Shown here piece by piece: positions 28,667 to 38,446 of a stretch of DNA of 64,000 nt. Source of the DNA: Candidatus Latescibacterota bacterium (lineage in GTDB: Bacteria > Latescibacterota > UBA2968 > UBA8231). Within the stretch, counting starts at the first letter, position 1; every line of letters begins with the position of its first letter. The translations under genes were made by a program, and so were the position numbers. The notes beneath the pieces were generated by a model. That model ran no database searches. It was not told where the DNA came from and saw only the letters and a list, made by a program, of their open reading frames with translations. Location: assembly GCA_965261395.1 (NCBI GenBank), contig OZ253462.1, positions 3,072,001 to 3,136,000 on the forward strand. Direction: 5' to 3'.

Positions 28667-29395
28667 ATGAAACTCATGTTCGGAACCATTCGCAACCCGT
28701 CCGGCGAAGTGCTGGACTACACTTTTCACGCTGGCACGGAGGGATCGCGGCACATCGCCGTCTTGGGGCACGGTGTGACCGGCAACAAGGATCGCCCCTT
28801 TGTCGTAGCGCTCGCCGAGGGGCTAGCGGCCGCTGGCATCCACGCGCTGCGCTTTTCCTTTGCCGGTAACGGCGCGTCCGAAGGCCGCTTTGCCGACGCG
28901 ACGATCTCTAAAGAGGTCGGGGACCTCGGCGCGGTGCTCAGCGCCTTAGACGGCTACTCGGTTTGCTATGTCGGCCACAGCATGGGGGGGGCGGTCGGCG
29001 TCTTGCGCACCAGCCGCGACGAGCGCATCCGTCTGCTCGTCTCTTTGGCGGGCATGGTGCATACCCGCGCCTTTGCCGAGCGCGAGTTCGGCGAGGAGGT
29101 GCCCGACGAGGGCTGCATGTGGGACGAGCCAGACTGCCCGCTCTCGCGGGTCTATATGGACGACATGGCCCAGATCGACACCGTGGTGGAGCGTGGGGCC
29201 GAGATAGTAGTGCCTTGGCTGCTGATCCACGGCAGCGAGGACGACGTGGTGCCGATTGCCGACTCGCACGACATCCTCGCCCAAGCCAGCGACAACGCCG
29301 AACTCGTGGTCATCGACGGAGCCGACCACGTCTTTAGCGAACACGCTCAGGTCATGGTCGAAAGGGTCGTCGGCTGGCTACAAGGGCAGTCGTAG
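28667..29395 (+). CDS. Alpha/beta hydrolase
   Basis: 'GHG', nucleophile elbow 'GHSMGG', 'IHGSEDDVVP', 'GADHVF'. Confidence 0.9.
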   Translation: MKLMFGTIRNPSGEVLDYTFHAGTEGSRHIAVLGHGVTGNKDRPFVVALAEGLAAAGIHALRFSFAGNGASEGRFADATISKEVGDLGAVLSALDGYSVCYVGHSMGGAVGVLRTSRDERIRLLVSLAGMVHTRAFAEREFGEEVPDEGCMWDEPDCPLSRVYMDDMAQIDTVVERGAEIVVPWLLIHGSEDDVVPIADSHDILAQASDNAELVVIDGADHVFSEHAQVMVERVVGWLQGQS

Positions 29396-29486
29396 ATCGC
29401 CGCCTACCAGAGATCGCGCTCAACTCCTATCTTTAAAGGAGTACGCCCGGCAATCCCGCCGGTCATGCGCGCTGCCAAGCTAAGCC

Positions 29487-32351
29487 ATGCAAAAGAAAAC
29501 GCCGAGTCGCCTGAGCGCTCGCCAGCAACGGACCTTGCTGGCGGTAGTGGCCTTGGGCGTCTTCATGGTCGCCGATACGCTCTATCTGCTGACCAACCGG
29601 CTGGCCGACGTCTTGGACTCGGGTTATTTCGCGGTCACCGACATTTCCCTGCCCAAGTTTTACCAGGGCATGGTGCTGTTGCATACGGGCGTCGGTCTGG
29701 TGCTGGTGGTGTTGGCGATGGGCTTTGTGGCTTGGCATTTACCGGCCGTGTGGCGCAGAAGCCGCAAGCGGGCCATCCTCACCGGCATCGCCACGCTGAC
29801 GCTGGGGATCTTACTGGCCATCAGCGGGCTGTTCATCCTCAGCGCGGCGAGCAACCGCGGCAATCCGGTGGCCTACTGGAGCCACGTGGCCGCGGCGGTT
29901 TTAGTCCCTCTCTTTTACTTGGCGCACCGCCGCCTCTCGCTGTGGAAACCCTCCGCGCGGAGCTATCGCATCGTGCCCGTAGCGGTGGTTGGGCTGTTGG
30001 CGCTAGCCGTGGTGCTACACGGGTTGACCTATAGCGGCGAGCAGTACACGCAGGCGGCCGAGCAGGCATTCGCCGCTGGCAAGCACACCGGCCCGGGTTC
30101 CAAGGCGCGGCAGGTCGCCGACTTTGCCCCAGACGACTTCGTACCCGCCAATTTCGTCCCCGCCGCAAGTCCCTTTTTCCCGGCGGCTACTACGACTACG
30201 ACCGGCGACATTCTGCCCTCGCGGATCATCACTCGCGGCGATCTTTCGCAGCCAGAGAAACTTGCCGGGGACCTCGACGAGTACGGCTTTGTGGTCAACG
30301 AGCCGATTGGCTCGGAGACTTGCGCCCGTTGCCACGCGGCGGTCGTCGAACAGTGGGCGACATCGGCGCATCGCTTTGCCTCGTTCAACAACCCCTTCTA
30401 CGAGGCGACGATCAACGACATGCGCAGCAACTCGACCGAGAGCAACGCGGAGGTCGCCGCCCATATCGCCTATTACAAGGGCTTGGCGGGCGAGGAGGGC
30501 AAAATTAAGTCCAAGTGGTGCTCGGGTTGCCACGATCCGGCGCTGATGCTGGCGGGCAAAATGACCGAAGAGATTGACCGCGCCTCGCCCCAAGCCCAAG
30601 CCGGGCTGACCTGTCTGGGCTGCCACGCCATTGACGAAATTCACGATCAGACCGGCAACGGCAACTACAACATCGCCGACGAGCAAGAGGATCCCTATCT
30701 GTTCGCCAAGGCCAAAGAAGGCGCTGGCCGCTTCGTGCACGACACTGCGCTGAAGGCGCGGCCCATCGTCCACAAAAAGCAGATGCTCAAGCCCTTCTTC
30801 CGCACCTCTGAGTTTTGCGCTACCTGCCACAAGGTCAGCCTCGACTCGCGCGTCAATGGCTACCGCTGGCTGCGCGGCCAAGACGAATATGACAATTGGC
30901 ACGACAGCGGCGTGGCGCTCAACGCCTCCAGGACTTTCTATCTGCCCGGTGTTAAGCGGGTCTGCCAGGACTGCCACATGCCGCTGGAGGAAGCGGTCGC
31001 CGGAGACGTGTCGGCGCGGGATGGGTACGTCAAGTCGCACCGCTTTTTGGCGGTCAACACGGCTTTGCCCTACATCCGCGGCGATGAGGAGACTATCGCG
31101 CGGATTGAGGAATTTCTGCAAGACGAAAAACTCAGCGTCGATGTGTTCGCGCTGCACCATCAAGAAGAAGCGCACTACGCGCTGGACAAGAGTCAGCCAA
31201 CGCTGATGCCCGGCGGCGAGTACGCATTTGACGTGGTGGTGCGCAACAAGGGCGTCGGGCACACCTTCCCAGGCGGGACCAACGATTCCAACGAGGGCTG
31301 GCTAGAGGTCTCGGTGGTAGGCAACGACGACGCAGTGCTAGCTTTGAACGGGGCGGTGCAAGACGATGGGCACGTCGATTTGGGGGCGCATTTTTACAAG
31401 GCGCTGATGGTCGATGCAAAAGGCCAAGCCATCCATCGGCGTAACGCCCAGGACATCGTCACGGCCGTGTACGTGCGCACCATTGGTCCGGGTACGGCGG
31501 ATGTAGCTCACTACAGCTTCCAGGTGCCCGCAGACTACGCGGGGCGCAAGCTGACGCTGCGGGCGCGGCTGCTGTGGCGCAAGTTCGACCGCGCCTATAC
31601 GGAGTTTGCCTTCAACAGCAACCGCCAGGGCTTCCGCCGCTTCGACCAAGTGCCGGAGTTGCCGATAACTGAAATCGCCCGCAGCGAGGTGGAGCTAATG
31701 GTGGGAGGGCCGCCCGCGACGGGTGCGCCGGATGCGGGCGACTGGATGCGCTTCAACGACTATGGGATTGGCTTGCTGCTCCAAGACGATACCCAAGGTG
31801 CTGCACGGGCCTTTGCGACGGTGGAACAGCTAGCGCCCAAGCGCCTAGACGGCTGCCGCAACTTGGCTAGGGTTGCGGTGCGCGACGGCCACCTGGAGCG
31901 GGCCTATGAGCATTTGGAGGACTGCGAGGGGTTAGTTAGCGGCGACGGGCAGACGGCTTGGGTCTGGGGGGTGGTATTGCAAGAGGACGGCCGCTACGAG
32001 GCCGCGGCGCAGGCGTATCGCCACGTGTTGCGCGACTTCCCCGAAGATCGAGCTACGTGGCGCAACTTGGGCCGGGTGCTCTATCTCGACGGCCGCTTTG
32101 AGGAGGCTTTGGAGGCCCTCGATGGCGTGCTGGCCATTGACCCGGAAGACCGCGTTGCCCACTACCATCGGATGCTTTCGCTGCGTGCTCTCGGCCGCGA
32201 GGATGAAGCCCTCGTCGCCGAGCGAGCTTACCAGTACTACCAGATTGACGAGTCGGCTCAAGAGCTGACGCGCCGCTACCGGCTAGAGCATCCACACGAC
32301 AACCGCGAGGCCCTTAAAATCCATGTTCATCCGCTGGGGGAGGGTGGTTAG
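29487..32351 (+). CDS. Membrane-anchored multiheme c-type cytochrome with C-terminal TPR repeats
   Basis: About 5 N-terminal TM helices containing His; five CxxCH motifs (CARCH, CSGCH, CLGCH, CATCH, CQDCH); 'GHTFPGG'; TPR-like 'WRNLGRVLY..GRFEEALEAL'. Confidence 0.88.
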   Translation: MQKKTPSRLSARQQRTLLAVVALGVFMVADTLYLLTNRLADVLDSGYFAVTDISLPKFYQGMVLLHTGVGLVLVVLAMGFVAWHLPAVWRRSRKRAILTGIATLTLGILLAISGLFILSAASNRGNPVAYWSHVAAAVLVPLFYLAHRRLSLWKPSARSYRIVPVAVVGLLALAVVLHGLTYSGEQYTQAAEQAFAAGKHTGPGSKARQVADFAPDDFVPANFVPAASPFFPAATTTTTGDILPSRIITRGDLSQPEKLAGDLDEYGFVVNEPIGSETCARCHAAVVEQWATSAHRFASFNNPFYEATINDMRSNSTESNAEVAAHIAYYKGLAGEEGKIKSKWCSGCHDPALMLAGKMTEEIDRASPQAQAGLTCLGCHAIDEIHDQTGNGNYNIADEQEDPYLFAKAKEGAGRFVHDTALKARPIVHKKQMLKPFFRTSEFCATCHKVSLDSRVNGYRWLRGQDEYDNWHDSGVALNASRTFYLPGVKRVCQDCHMPLEEAVAGDVSARDGYVKSHRFLAVNTALPYIRGDEETIARIEEFLQDEKLSVDVFALHHQEEAHYALDKSQPTLMPGGEYAFDVVVRNKGVGHTFPGGTNDSNEGWLEVSVVGNDDAVLALNGAVQDDGHVDLGAHFYKALMVDAKGQAIHRRNAQDIVTAVYVRTIGPGTADVAHYSFQVPADYAGRKLTLRARLLWRKFDRAYTEFAFNSNRQGFRRFDQVPELPITEIARSEVELMVGGPPATGAPDAGDWMRFNDYGIGLLLQDDTQGAARAFATVEQLAPKRLDGCRNLARVAVRDGHLERAYEHLEDCEGLVSGDGQTAWVWGVVLQEDGRYEAAAQAYRHVLRDFPEDRATWRNLGRVLYLDGRFEEALEALDGVLAIDPEDRVAHYHRMLSLRALGREDEALVAERAYQYYQIDESAQELTRRYRLEHPHDNREALKIHVHPLGEGG

Positions 32352-32566
32352 GAGCTTGCCCGTTGAGGGCGAACGTGGAGAATTTCCTCCATGCCTAGCG
32401 CCCGCACTTGGTCGGCCTCTAGGGTGAGGACGGCTTGGTTGGGAAACTCCACCTCGTAAGCGACTCCTCCGCCGTGAATGAAGACCACGACTCCGACATC
32501 GCCGGCGATCAGCTCGGCTTCGGGTTGATCGGCTGTCAGAACAGCCCGTCGGTGTTCGGCTATCAT
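32348..32566 (-). CDS. DUF4926-like small protein (putative antitoxin/immunity)
   Basis: 'VLTAD...L.AGDVGVVV..H..G.AYEVEF'. Confidence 0.7.
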   Translation of the reverse strand: MIAEHRRAVLTADQPEAELIAGDVGVVVFIHGGGVAYEVEFPNQAVLTLEADQVRALGMEEILHVRPQRASS

Positions 32567-32569
32567 AGA

Positions 32570-32881
32570 CTAACTCCTTTGTGGAACGGCTGTTACAAAA
32601 CGCAGTGTGGTCTCGCCTTGGCGGACAAACCATACGGTACGAAAATAAAACAGGCCGTATGAAGGTGTGTCAATATATCCAAGGATAATGTATTTGGTGC
32701 CGTGTTTTGTTTCAATGCGTTCGGCAAGCGGTTGAGTCCTGACGATGACCAGCAGACTTTGGCGTAAATCCCCGATGTTGTGGTCGCTATAGCCTAGTAT
32801 CGCAAATAGACCGCTCTTGCTGTCGTCGTGCAATAGATAAGTCAATTTTGCGTCGGCGATGTAGGCTGCGCTGCGATTCAT
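32570..32881 (-). CDS. DUF6883-like protein (putative toxin)
   Basis: 'AKLTYLL..K..LF..LGY...TKHGTKY...RTVW....RFVTA.P'; lower GC than neighbours. Confidence 0.65.
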   Translation of the reverse strand: MNRSAAYIADAKLTYLLHDDSKSGLFAILGYSDHNIGDLRQSLLVIVRTQPLAERIETKHGTKYIILGYIDTPSYGLFYFRTVWFVRQGETTLRFVTAVPQRS

Positions 32882-32978
32882 GCCAAGCTAGTCCGATTGC
32901 ATTCTTTTAAGGTGTCGGTTACTCTAGCAAACACCTGTGTATCACACCTTTCACATCGCAAGGCTTAATGGGAAGAAT

Positions 32979-34772
32979 ATGACGAGGAAGTACGCAATAG
33001 GATGCAAATTTTATGCCAACATCTTCTTGGTCGGCGCGTTGCTGCTGGCCGCCTGCGGTCCGGAAGAACCTTCTGAACCGGCTCCGACGCCCGAGTACAC
33101 TAAAGCGCCCACCGCTGATTACGCGGTGGGGCACGGACGGCAAAAAGCCCCTGCGGTGCGCTTTGTCGATGTGACGCGAGAGGCCGGTCTCGAATTCAGG
33201 CACGAGACCGGTGCGCGCGGCGACAAGTGGATGCCGGAAACTATGGGCAGCGGCTGCGCGCTTTTTGATTACGATGGCGACGGTTGGCTGGACGTGCTCT
33301 TGGTCAACAGCGAAGGCTGGCAGGGCGAAAAGGCCCCCGGCAAGCTCTACCGCAATCTCGGCAACGGCACCTTTGCCGACGCAACGCAACGCGCTGGCCT
33401 AGACTTTTCTGTCTATGGCATGGGCGCGACGATTGCCGACTACGACGCCGATGGCGATCCGGATATTTACCTGACGACCTTGGGGCCTAATCTGCTCTTG
33501 CGCAACGACGCGGGCCGCTTTGTCGATGTGGCGCGGGAAGCGGGCGTGGCGGGCGCGGTCTGGCGCGACGATGCGGGCAATGAGAATCCCGAATGGTCCA
33601 CGGGCGCGGCCTGGGTCGATGTGGATGGCGACGGCTGGCTGGATCTGTTGGTCACCAACTACGTGCGCTGGTCGCCCAGCACTGACATATACACCACGCA
33701 AGACGGCAAGGAAAAATCCTATGCCACGCCACAGCAGTACCCCGGCTCGACGCCCCGGCTCTACCGCAATCTGGGCGCGGGCCGCTTCCGGGAGATAACC
33801 GAAGAAGCCGGCCTGCTGTTGCCCGAGGGCAAATCTATGGGCGTGGCCATGACCGACTTTGAAGACGACGGCCGCATCGACTTGGTCGTCACCAACGACA
33901 CCCAGCCCAATTTCCTGTTGCAAAACTTAGGTGGGGGTCGCTTTGCGGAGCGGGGGCTCGCCGCGGGCATTGGCTACGATGAGAGCGGGCGAGCGCGAGC
34001 GGGGATGGGCGTAGATATTGCATCGGTCGCCAACGACGGCGTGCTCTCCATCGCCATTGGCAACTTCAGTCGCGAGGCGCTCTCGCTCTACCGCCAAGCT
34101 GGCAGCGAGGTTTTCGTCGATGGCGCAGGTAGGGCTAGACTGATGCAGGCGACGCTGCGGCCGCTGACCTTTGGGCTGCGCTTTTTCGACTACGATCTCG
34201 ACGGCTATCAGGACCTGATCTTGGCCAATGGGCACATCGAGCCGGAGATCAACTCGGTGCAGAAGGAGATCGAGTACCAGCAGGCACCGCAGTTGTTTTG
34301 GAACGACGGCGACGGGCGGATGGTCGAGGTGTCAGAGCAGACCGGTGGGCTGTTCCTCAAGCCGCTGGTGGCGCGGGGATTGGCTGTCGGCGATATCGAC
34401 GCCGATGGCGACTTGGACGTATTGCTGACGACCAATGGCGGCCCGGCTTATCTATTGCGCAACGAGGGGCCGACCGGCCGTGCGGTGGCGCTCGACCTGA
34501 CGGGTAAGGCACCCAACCGAGACGCCATCGGCGCGAAGGTGACGGCGCAGGTGGGGGAACAGAAGCAGGTGTTCATGGTGCGCACGGGGTCTTCCTATCT
34601 GAGCCACAGCCCGACGACGCTAACCGTTGGCTTGGGCGCGGCTGAGCAGATCGACCGCTTGGAGATTCGCTGGCCGGATGGGACGGTAGAAACCCTCGAA
34701 CAGCTCGCGGCCGGGGCGCACTACGAAATCGCGCAGGGTGAGGGGATTGTGGGGAAGAGGGCCTTTCAATAG
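32979..34772 (+). CDS. CRTAC1/ASPIC-UnbV family FG-GAP repeat lipoprotein
   Basis: Lipobox 'LLAAC'; repeated DxDGDGxxD motifs; C-terminal 'NRDAIGAKV...GSSYLS...VGLG...IRWPDG'. Confidence 0.9.
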   Translation: MTRKYAIGCKFYANIFLVGALLLAACGPEEPSEPAPTPEYTKAPTADYAVGHGRQKAPAVRFVDVTREAGLEFRHETGARGDKWMPETMGSGCALFDYDGDGWLDVLLVNSEGWQGEKAPGKLYRNLGNGTFADATQRAGLDFSVYGMGATIADYDADGDPDIYLTTLGPNLLLRNDAGRFVDVAREAGVAGAVWRDDAGNENPEWSTGAAWVDVDGDGWLDLLVTNYVRWSPSTDIYTTQDGKEKSYATPQQYPGSTPRLYRNLGAGRFREITEEAGLLLPEGKSMGVAMTDFEDDGRIDLVVTNDTQPNFLLQNLGGGRFAERGLAAGIGYDESGRARAGMGVDIASVANDGVLSIAIGNFSREALSLYRQAGSEVFVDGAGRARLMQATLRPLTFGLRFFDYDLDGYQDLILANGHIEPEINSVQKEIEYQQAPQLFWNDGDGRMVEVSEQTGGLFLKPLVARGLAVGDIDADGDLDVLLTTNGGPAYLLRNEGPTGRAVALDLTGKAPNRDAIGAKVTAQVGEQKQVFMVRTGSSYLSHSPTTLTVGLGAAEQIDRLEIRWPDGTVETLEQLAAGAHYEIAQGEGIVGKRAFQ

Positions 34773-35650
34773 ATCAAGCGGCCCTTTTGGTCGTGGCTGA
34801 CCTTGTCGGGGTCGTGCGGCCCGGAGTGGGCGCGCTTGGCCTCCCCTTTTTTATAGCGGTGGCGCATTTCCGTTTGCCGCCACTGCAAAAAACTGCGTTC
34901 CTGTGCGTCGCGGTTGCGCGCCGAAGCTGGGGCCGGGATTTCGATGGTGGCGTAGGTGATTTCGCTCACCCGGCGCGACAAAGCGATAATCTCTCCTTTG
35001 CTGATGACCAAGGTGACGCCGACGTTGGCCTCGACAATGGCGACGCCGTTTTCGCGCGCCCGGGCTAACACGGCGTGGTCTTGGCTTTTGGAGCGGGAGC
35101 CGAAGGAGGGAATGAGCAGGTACTGTGCCCCGTCGAGCACTGGGATGCGGGCGATGTCGGGATTCCAGCGGTCGTTGCAGATGAGGAAGCCACAGCGACC
35201 AAACGGAGTGTCAAAGGCATGGGCATGGGCACCGAGGCGGTTGTACCACCAAGAGGGATGGTAGCCCTCGGCCAACTGCATTTTGTGGTACTTGCCGCAC
35301 AGGCGACCCCGGTGGTCGATGAAGACGGCGCAGTTGTACACATCGTCGCCGATGCGCTCAGCTAGCCCAAAGGCTAGGCATATTCCCAGTTCGCGGGCCA
35401 GCTCGCGGAAGCGACCCATGACCGGGCCGCGCGTGGTGACGGCCACGTCCCGCATCCGTTCTTCCGGCTCCTCTCCCGTGATCAATTCCATAACCACATA
35501 GCCTTCTAACACCCCTTCGGGTGCCAAGGCCAGTTGGGCACCGCCTTTAGCAGCGGCGCGGAACATGGCCTCTAGGTGGTCGGCGTTGCCGGTTAGGTCG
35601 AATTTTTTAGGTCTGAAGGAAATGGCGGCGACATCTACAGATTGGTACAT
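34766..35650 (-). CDS. Carbon-nitrogen hydrolase (nitrilase superfamily)
   Basis: E-K-C triad motifs 'APEG', 'YHK', 'ICNDR'. Confidence 0.87.
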   Translation of the reverse strand: MYQSVDVAAISFRPKKFDLTGNADHLEAMFRAAAKGGAQLALAPEGVLEGYVVMELITGEEPEERMRDVAVTTRGPVMGRFRELARELGICLAFGLAERIGDDVYNCAVFIDHRGRLCGKYHKMQLAEGYHPSWWYNRLGAHAHAFDTPFGRCGFLICNDRWNPDIARIPVLDGAQYLLIPSFGSRSKSQDHAVLARARENGVAIVEANVGVTLVISKGEIIALSRRVSEITYATIEIPAPASARNRDAQERSFLQWRQTEMRHRYKKGEAKRAHSGPHDPDKVSHDQKGRLIY

Positions 35651-35661
35651 GGGTTCGTCTC

Positions 35662-37038
35662 CTATTCTTCTTTGCGGCAAAAGCGCAGCGCGTACAGGTC
35701 GGCGTCGTACAGCACAAAGCGCAAACGCACCGGTCGGCCGGCCAACGGGCCTACTCCAGCACCCGATTTCCACTGCACAGCTAAATCCGTCTGATCTTGA
35801 AAAAGCTCGGGCGAGTCGGCCAGTGACAGGCCGGGGAAGGGCTTGCCGTTTTCGTCTTGGACCTCGACGCGGATGCTGCCGGCCGCGGAGGTGGACATGT
35901 TGAGCCGCAACTGATCGCCGCTAAAGATCAGGGGCTTGGTGGTGAACTGGCCGCCGCGATAGGGCGCTTGCACCGAGGCGAAACCATCCAAGCGCATCGT
36001 CAGACGGCGGATGCAGGAGGTGGGCATGCGCCAGTGCTCGGTCATGTAGAGCGACAGTTCGGCCGGTCCGGTGCGCAGCAGGCCGCGCATGATGTACACG
36101 CTGCGGTCGTGCCAATTGCCGGGGTTGGGCCCCGGGCGCACGAAAGCTTCGGGGAAGAGGCGGTCGAAGTGGAGGCCGTCGTGGCTGCTCATTAGCACGC
36201 CATCGTTGACCCCGGGATACGGCCAACCGGGCGTGGGGCTGCGGCTGTTGACAAAGCGCGAGGGGAACATCAGGTAGAGGCCGGGGGAACGCTCGTAGGG
36301 AACGCAGGAATTGGTGTACATGTGCTCCAGCGGCGCATCGCCGGTGTCGATGGCTGCTAGCGGACTCCAGTGGACAAAGTCGTCGGAGGTGGCGCGGCGG
36401 ATCCAGCGCACGCCTTCCTTAAAGGCGCGGGTGGCACCGTGGCCTAGTTCGCCGTCGCAGCGGATGCCGCGGGTGTACATGACGTATTGGCCGGTCCACG
36501 GGTCGCGGAAGGCGATATTGTGCGAGTCGAACGGGCCTTCGGTTTGCACGGGTTCGGGGTTTTTGCGCCAGTGCAGGCCGTCGGGCGAGGTCGCCGTGTA
36601 AATGGCACCGCGTCGGCCGATGCCTTTATAGCGCTCTTGCTCCGGGGCTGCTGGATCGAGGAACGGGGAGAAGTTGACTAGGTCGGGATCGTCGATGACC
36701 AAGTTATTGGCCGTCGAGCCTTGGAAGTCGACTAGGCCCAGCTCTGGTTTGTGCCAAGTGATGCCGTCGCTGCTTTCGGCATAGGCGGTGCAGGCTCGGT
36801 CGGTTTTGTTGTTGTCGGCGTGGGGGATGCAGCGGTACCAAGCGCGGAAGCGGTCGCCGTCTTTAAAGAGCACGGCGTAGGCGAGGCCGCCTTCTTCATA
36901 GGGATGGTCGATGCGCACTGCGGCGTTGCGGCGCATGGGCTGGTGGAGGACTTGGCGGGCGTCGTGTAGCTCGTCGATGAGGCGGCGGTCGAGCAGTAGT
37001 TGGCGGTCGGAGCCGATGGGGATGGGGGTGTCGGGCAT
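35662..37038 (-). CDS. Hypothetical glycoside-hydrolase-like beta-propeller protein
   Basis: 'YAESSDGITW.KPEL', 'SPDGLHW', 'SHDGLHF', 'RLDGFASV', 'LYALRF'; paralog of 61345-62898. Confidence 0.75.
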   Translation of the reverse strand: MPDTPIPIGSDRQLLLDRRLIDELHDARQVLHQPMRRNAAVRIDHPYEEGGLAYAVLFKDGDRFRAWYRCIPHADNNKTDRACTAYAESSDGITWHKPELGLVDFQGSTANNLVIDDPDLVNFSPFLDPAAPEQERYKGIGRRGAIYTATSPDGLHWRKNPEPVQTEGPFDSHNIAFRDPWTGQYVMYTRGIRCDGELGHGATRAFKEGVRWIRRATSDDFVHWSPLAAIDTGDAPLEHMYTNSCVPYERSPGLYLMFPSRFVNSRSPTPGWPYPGVNDGVLMSSHDGLHFDRLFPEAFVRPGPNPGNWHDRSVYIMRGLLRTGPAELSLYMTEHWRMPTSCIRRLTMRLDGFASVQAPYRGGQFTTKPLIFSGDQLRLNMSTSAAGSIRVEVQDENGKPFPGLSLADSPELFQDQTDLAVQWKSGAGVGPLAGRPVRLRFVLYDADLYALRFCRKEE

Positions 37039-37140
37039 GGTGGCCTCTGGGGTGGGTAGGTGGAGCGTCGGCGGGCGTATTATAGCTAACGTAAGTCTGA
37101 TCTACAACTTAACAAGTCTTGTTCACCCTATCCCATCTAC

Positions 37141-37169
37141 TTGCTATTCGGACACTTGTGTCCTATTCT
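37141..37169 (+). promoter_or_regulatory. hicAB promoter with a palindromic operator
   Basis: TTGCTA-17 nt-TATTCT; the spacer contains GGACAC-TT-GTGTCC (37150-37163). Confidence 0.65.
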
Positions 37170-37176
37170 GTAGAAC

Positions 37177-37392
37177 GTGAAAGGCAGAGAATTCATAACC
37201 CGGGTTTTTGAGCTTGGCGCGGAGCGCGCGGTTTCCGTTCACCTCGATACCAAGCGCGGTAAGGGAAGTCACGTCACGCTGTATTACGGTACGTGTAAGA
37301 CCGTCGTAAAAGATCGCCGCAAGGAGCTTGCTCCCGGCCTTCTATCCGCTATGATCCGTCAACTAGGCCTCAACCGCAGCGACTTTCAATGA
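37177..37392 (+). CDS. hicA: HicA family toxin
   Basis: 71 aa basic protein with 'GKGSH', 'L..GLLSAMIRQLGL'. Confidence 0.88.
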   Translation: MKGREFITRVFELGAERAVSVHLDTKRGKGSHVTLYYGTCKTVVKDRRKELAPGLLSAMIRQLGLNRSDFQ

Positions 37393-37413
37393 GGTAGGAA
37401 AAAGGAGATCGTC

Positions 37414-37842
37414 ATGCAGTTTCGCTATCCCGTACGGCTTCAGCCTGATTGCTCGGGCGAGATCATCGTCTCGTTCCGGGATCTTCCCGAATGTCTCACG
37501 TCCGGCACAGACGAAGTTGAAGCTCTCATGGAAGCTCGCGATGCGCTTGAGGAAGCTATAGCTGGACGCATTGACGATGGCGAGCCGATCCCGGTGCCAA
37601 CTCGACGGCGTGCCGGTGAGCAGCTCATCGCCGTGCCGCCAGATATGGCTGCGAAGGCTGCGTTCGTGCTGGCGTTCCGCGCTAGTGGGCTATCGCGCCT
37701 TGCCTTGGCCCGCCGCCTCGGCGTCAACGAGAAAGTCGTGCGTCGCATGCTCGACCCGCGTCACCACACGGCCGCCAACCGGATTCACAAGGCCCTGCGC
37801 GCACTCGGTCAGGAACTCATCGTGGAGTCGCGTGCGGCGTAG
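37414..37842 (+). CDS. hicB: HicB family antitoxin with C-terminal HTH
   Basis: 'VSFRDLPECLTSG....EAL..ARDAL...IP.P' plus HTH 'LARRLGV'. Confidence 0.9.
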   Translation: MQFRYPVRLQPDCSGEIIVSFRDLPECLTSGTDEVEALMEARDALEEAIAGRIDDGEPIPVPTRRRAGEQLIAVPPDMAAKAAFVLAFRASGLSRLALARRLGVNEKVVRRMLDPRHHTAANRIHKALRALGQELIVESRAA

Positions 37843-37911
37843 CAGTTGCAGGCAGACCTCTTTCCTACGTCGCCACTGACTAGCGACTGTCAGCCATTTT
37901 GAAACGGAACT

Positions 37912-37995
37912 ATGGTGAACTCAGAACAGCTTGGCAAAACCGTTTCGGACGTTGAAGTAACCAATATATCGGCTCACGGGATATGGCTTCTCGTC
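37912..37995 (+). pseudogene. N-terminal fragment of a DUF2442-like protein
   Basis: 'SEQLGKTVSDVEVTNISAHGIWLLV', after which the sequence runs into the antisense strand of the restriction endonuclease remnant. Confidence 0.55.
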
Positions 37996-38446
37996 AGCGT
38001 CGTAAAACACGACATCCGGCATCTTGCCGTGATCGGTGATCGAGATGCCGAGTTCAGCAAGGCCATCCCTGTCCACGTACAGGTTCTTCTTGGCGGTGTC
38101 GCCGACATAGAGTAGGCGTGCGCCGGGAGCGAAGCGGGGGCCGAATTCTTCCACGACAGCTTTTTGCACTTCGTTGTGCTTGCCCGGGGAGAACTGAAGC
38201 TCCTGCCCATCGGCTAGCTTGAGCGGAATCATGGTGAGAAGCCGTTCACGCTCGTAGCGCTCTACAAGAGTGCCCTGCTCGTGGCGGAATTTGTCCACAG
38301 CCGAATCCCAATCTTTCGTCCCATAGTGCCGCACGGCTTCCAAGGCCGCTTCCGTGATGGCGTAGTGAGCGCGCGGGCTGTTGGTCGGGAGGTCGGGTTC
38401 GAACGGGTTGTAAGAGGATTTCCCTAGCTTCTTCAATGCTGGCCAA
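37996..38446 (-). pseudogene. BsuBI/PstI-type restriction endonuclease remnant (internal deletion with frameshift, plus C-terminal truncation)
   Basis: GGAGG SD + TTG 'MASIEEAREIL', then an out-of-frame jump to 'YNP..PTNSP..Y', 'SPGKHN', 'EEFGPRFAPG', 'YVGDT', 'HGKMPDVVFYD'; stops before the E.K-equivalent 'IEAV' segment. Confidence 0.8.

Noticed and set aside
37912-38115. 67-aa ORF as an intact gene
   Set aside because: Only the first ~28 codons look like a real protein; the rest is antisense to the REase remnant.
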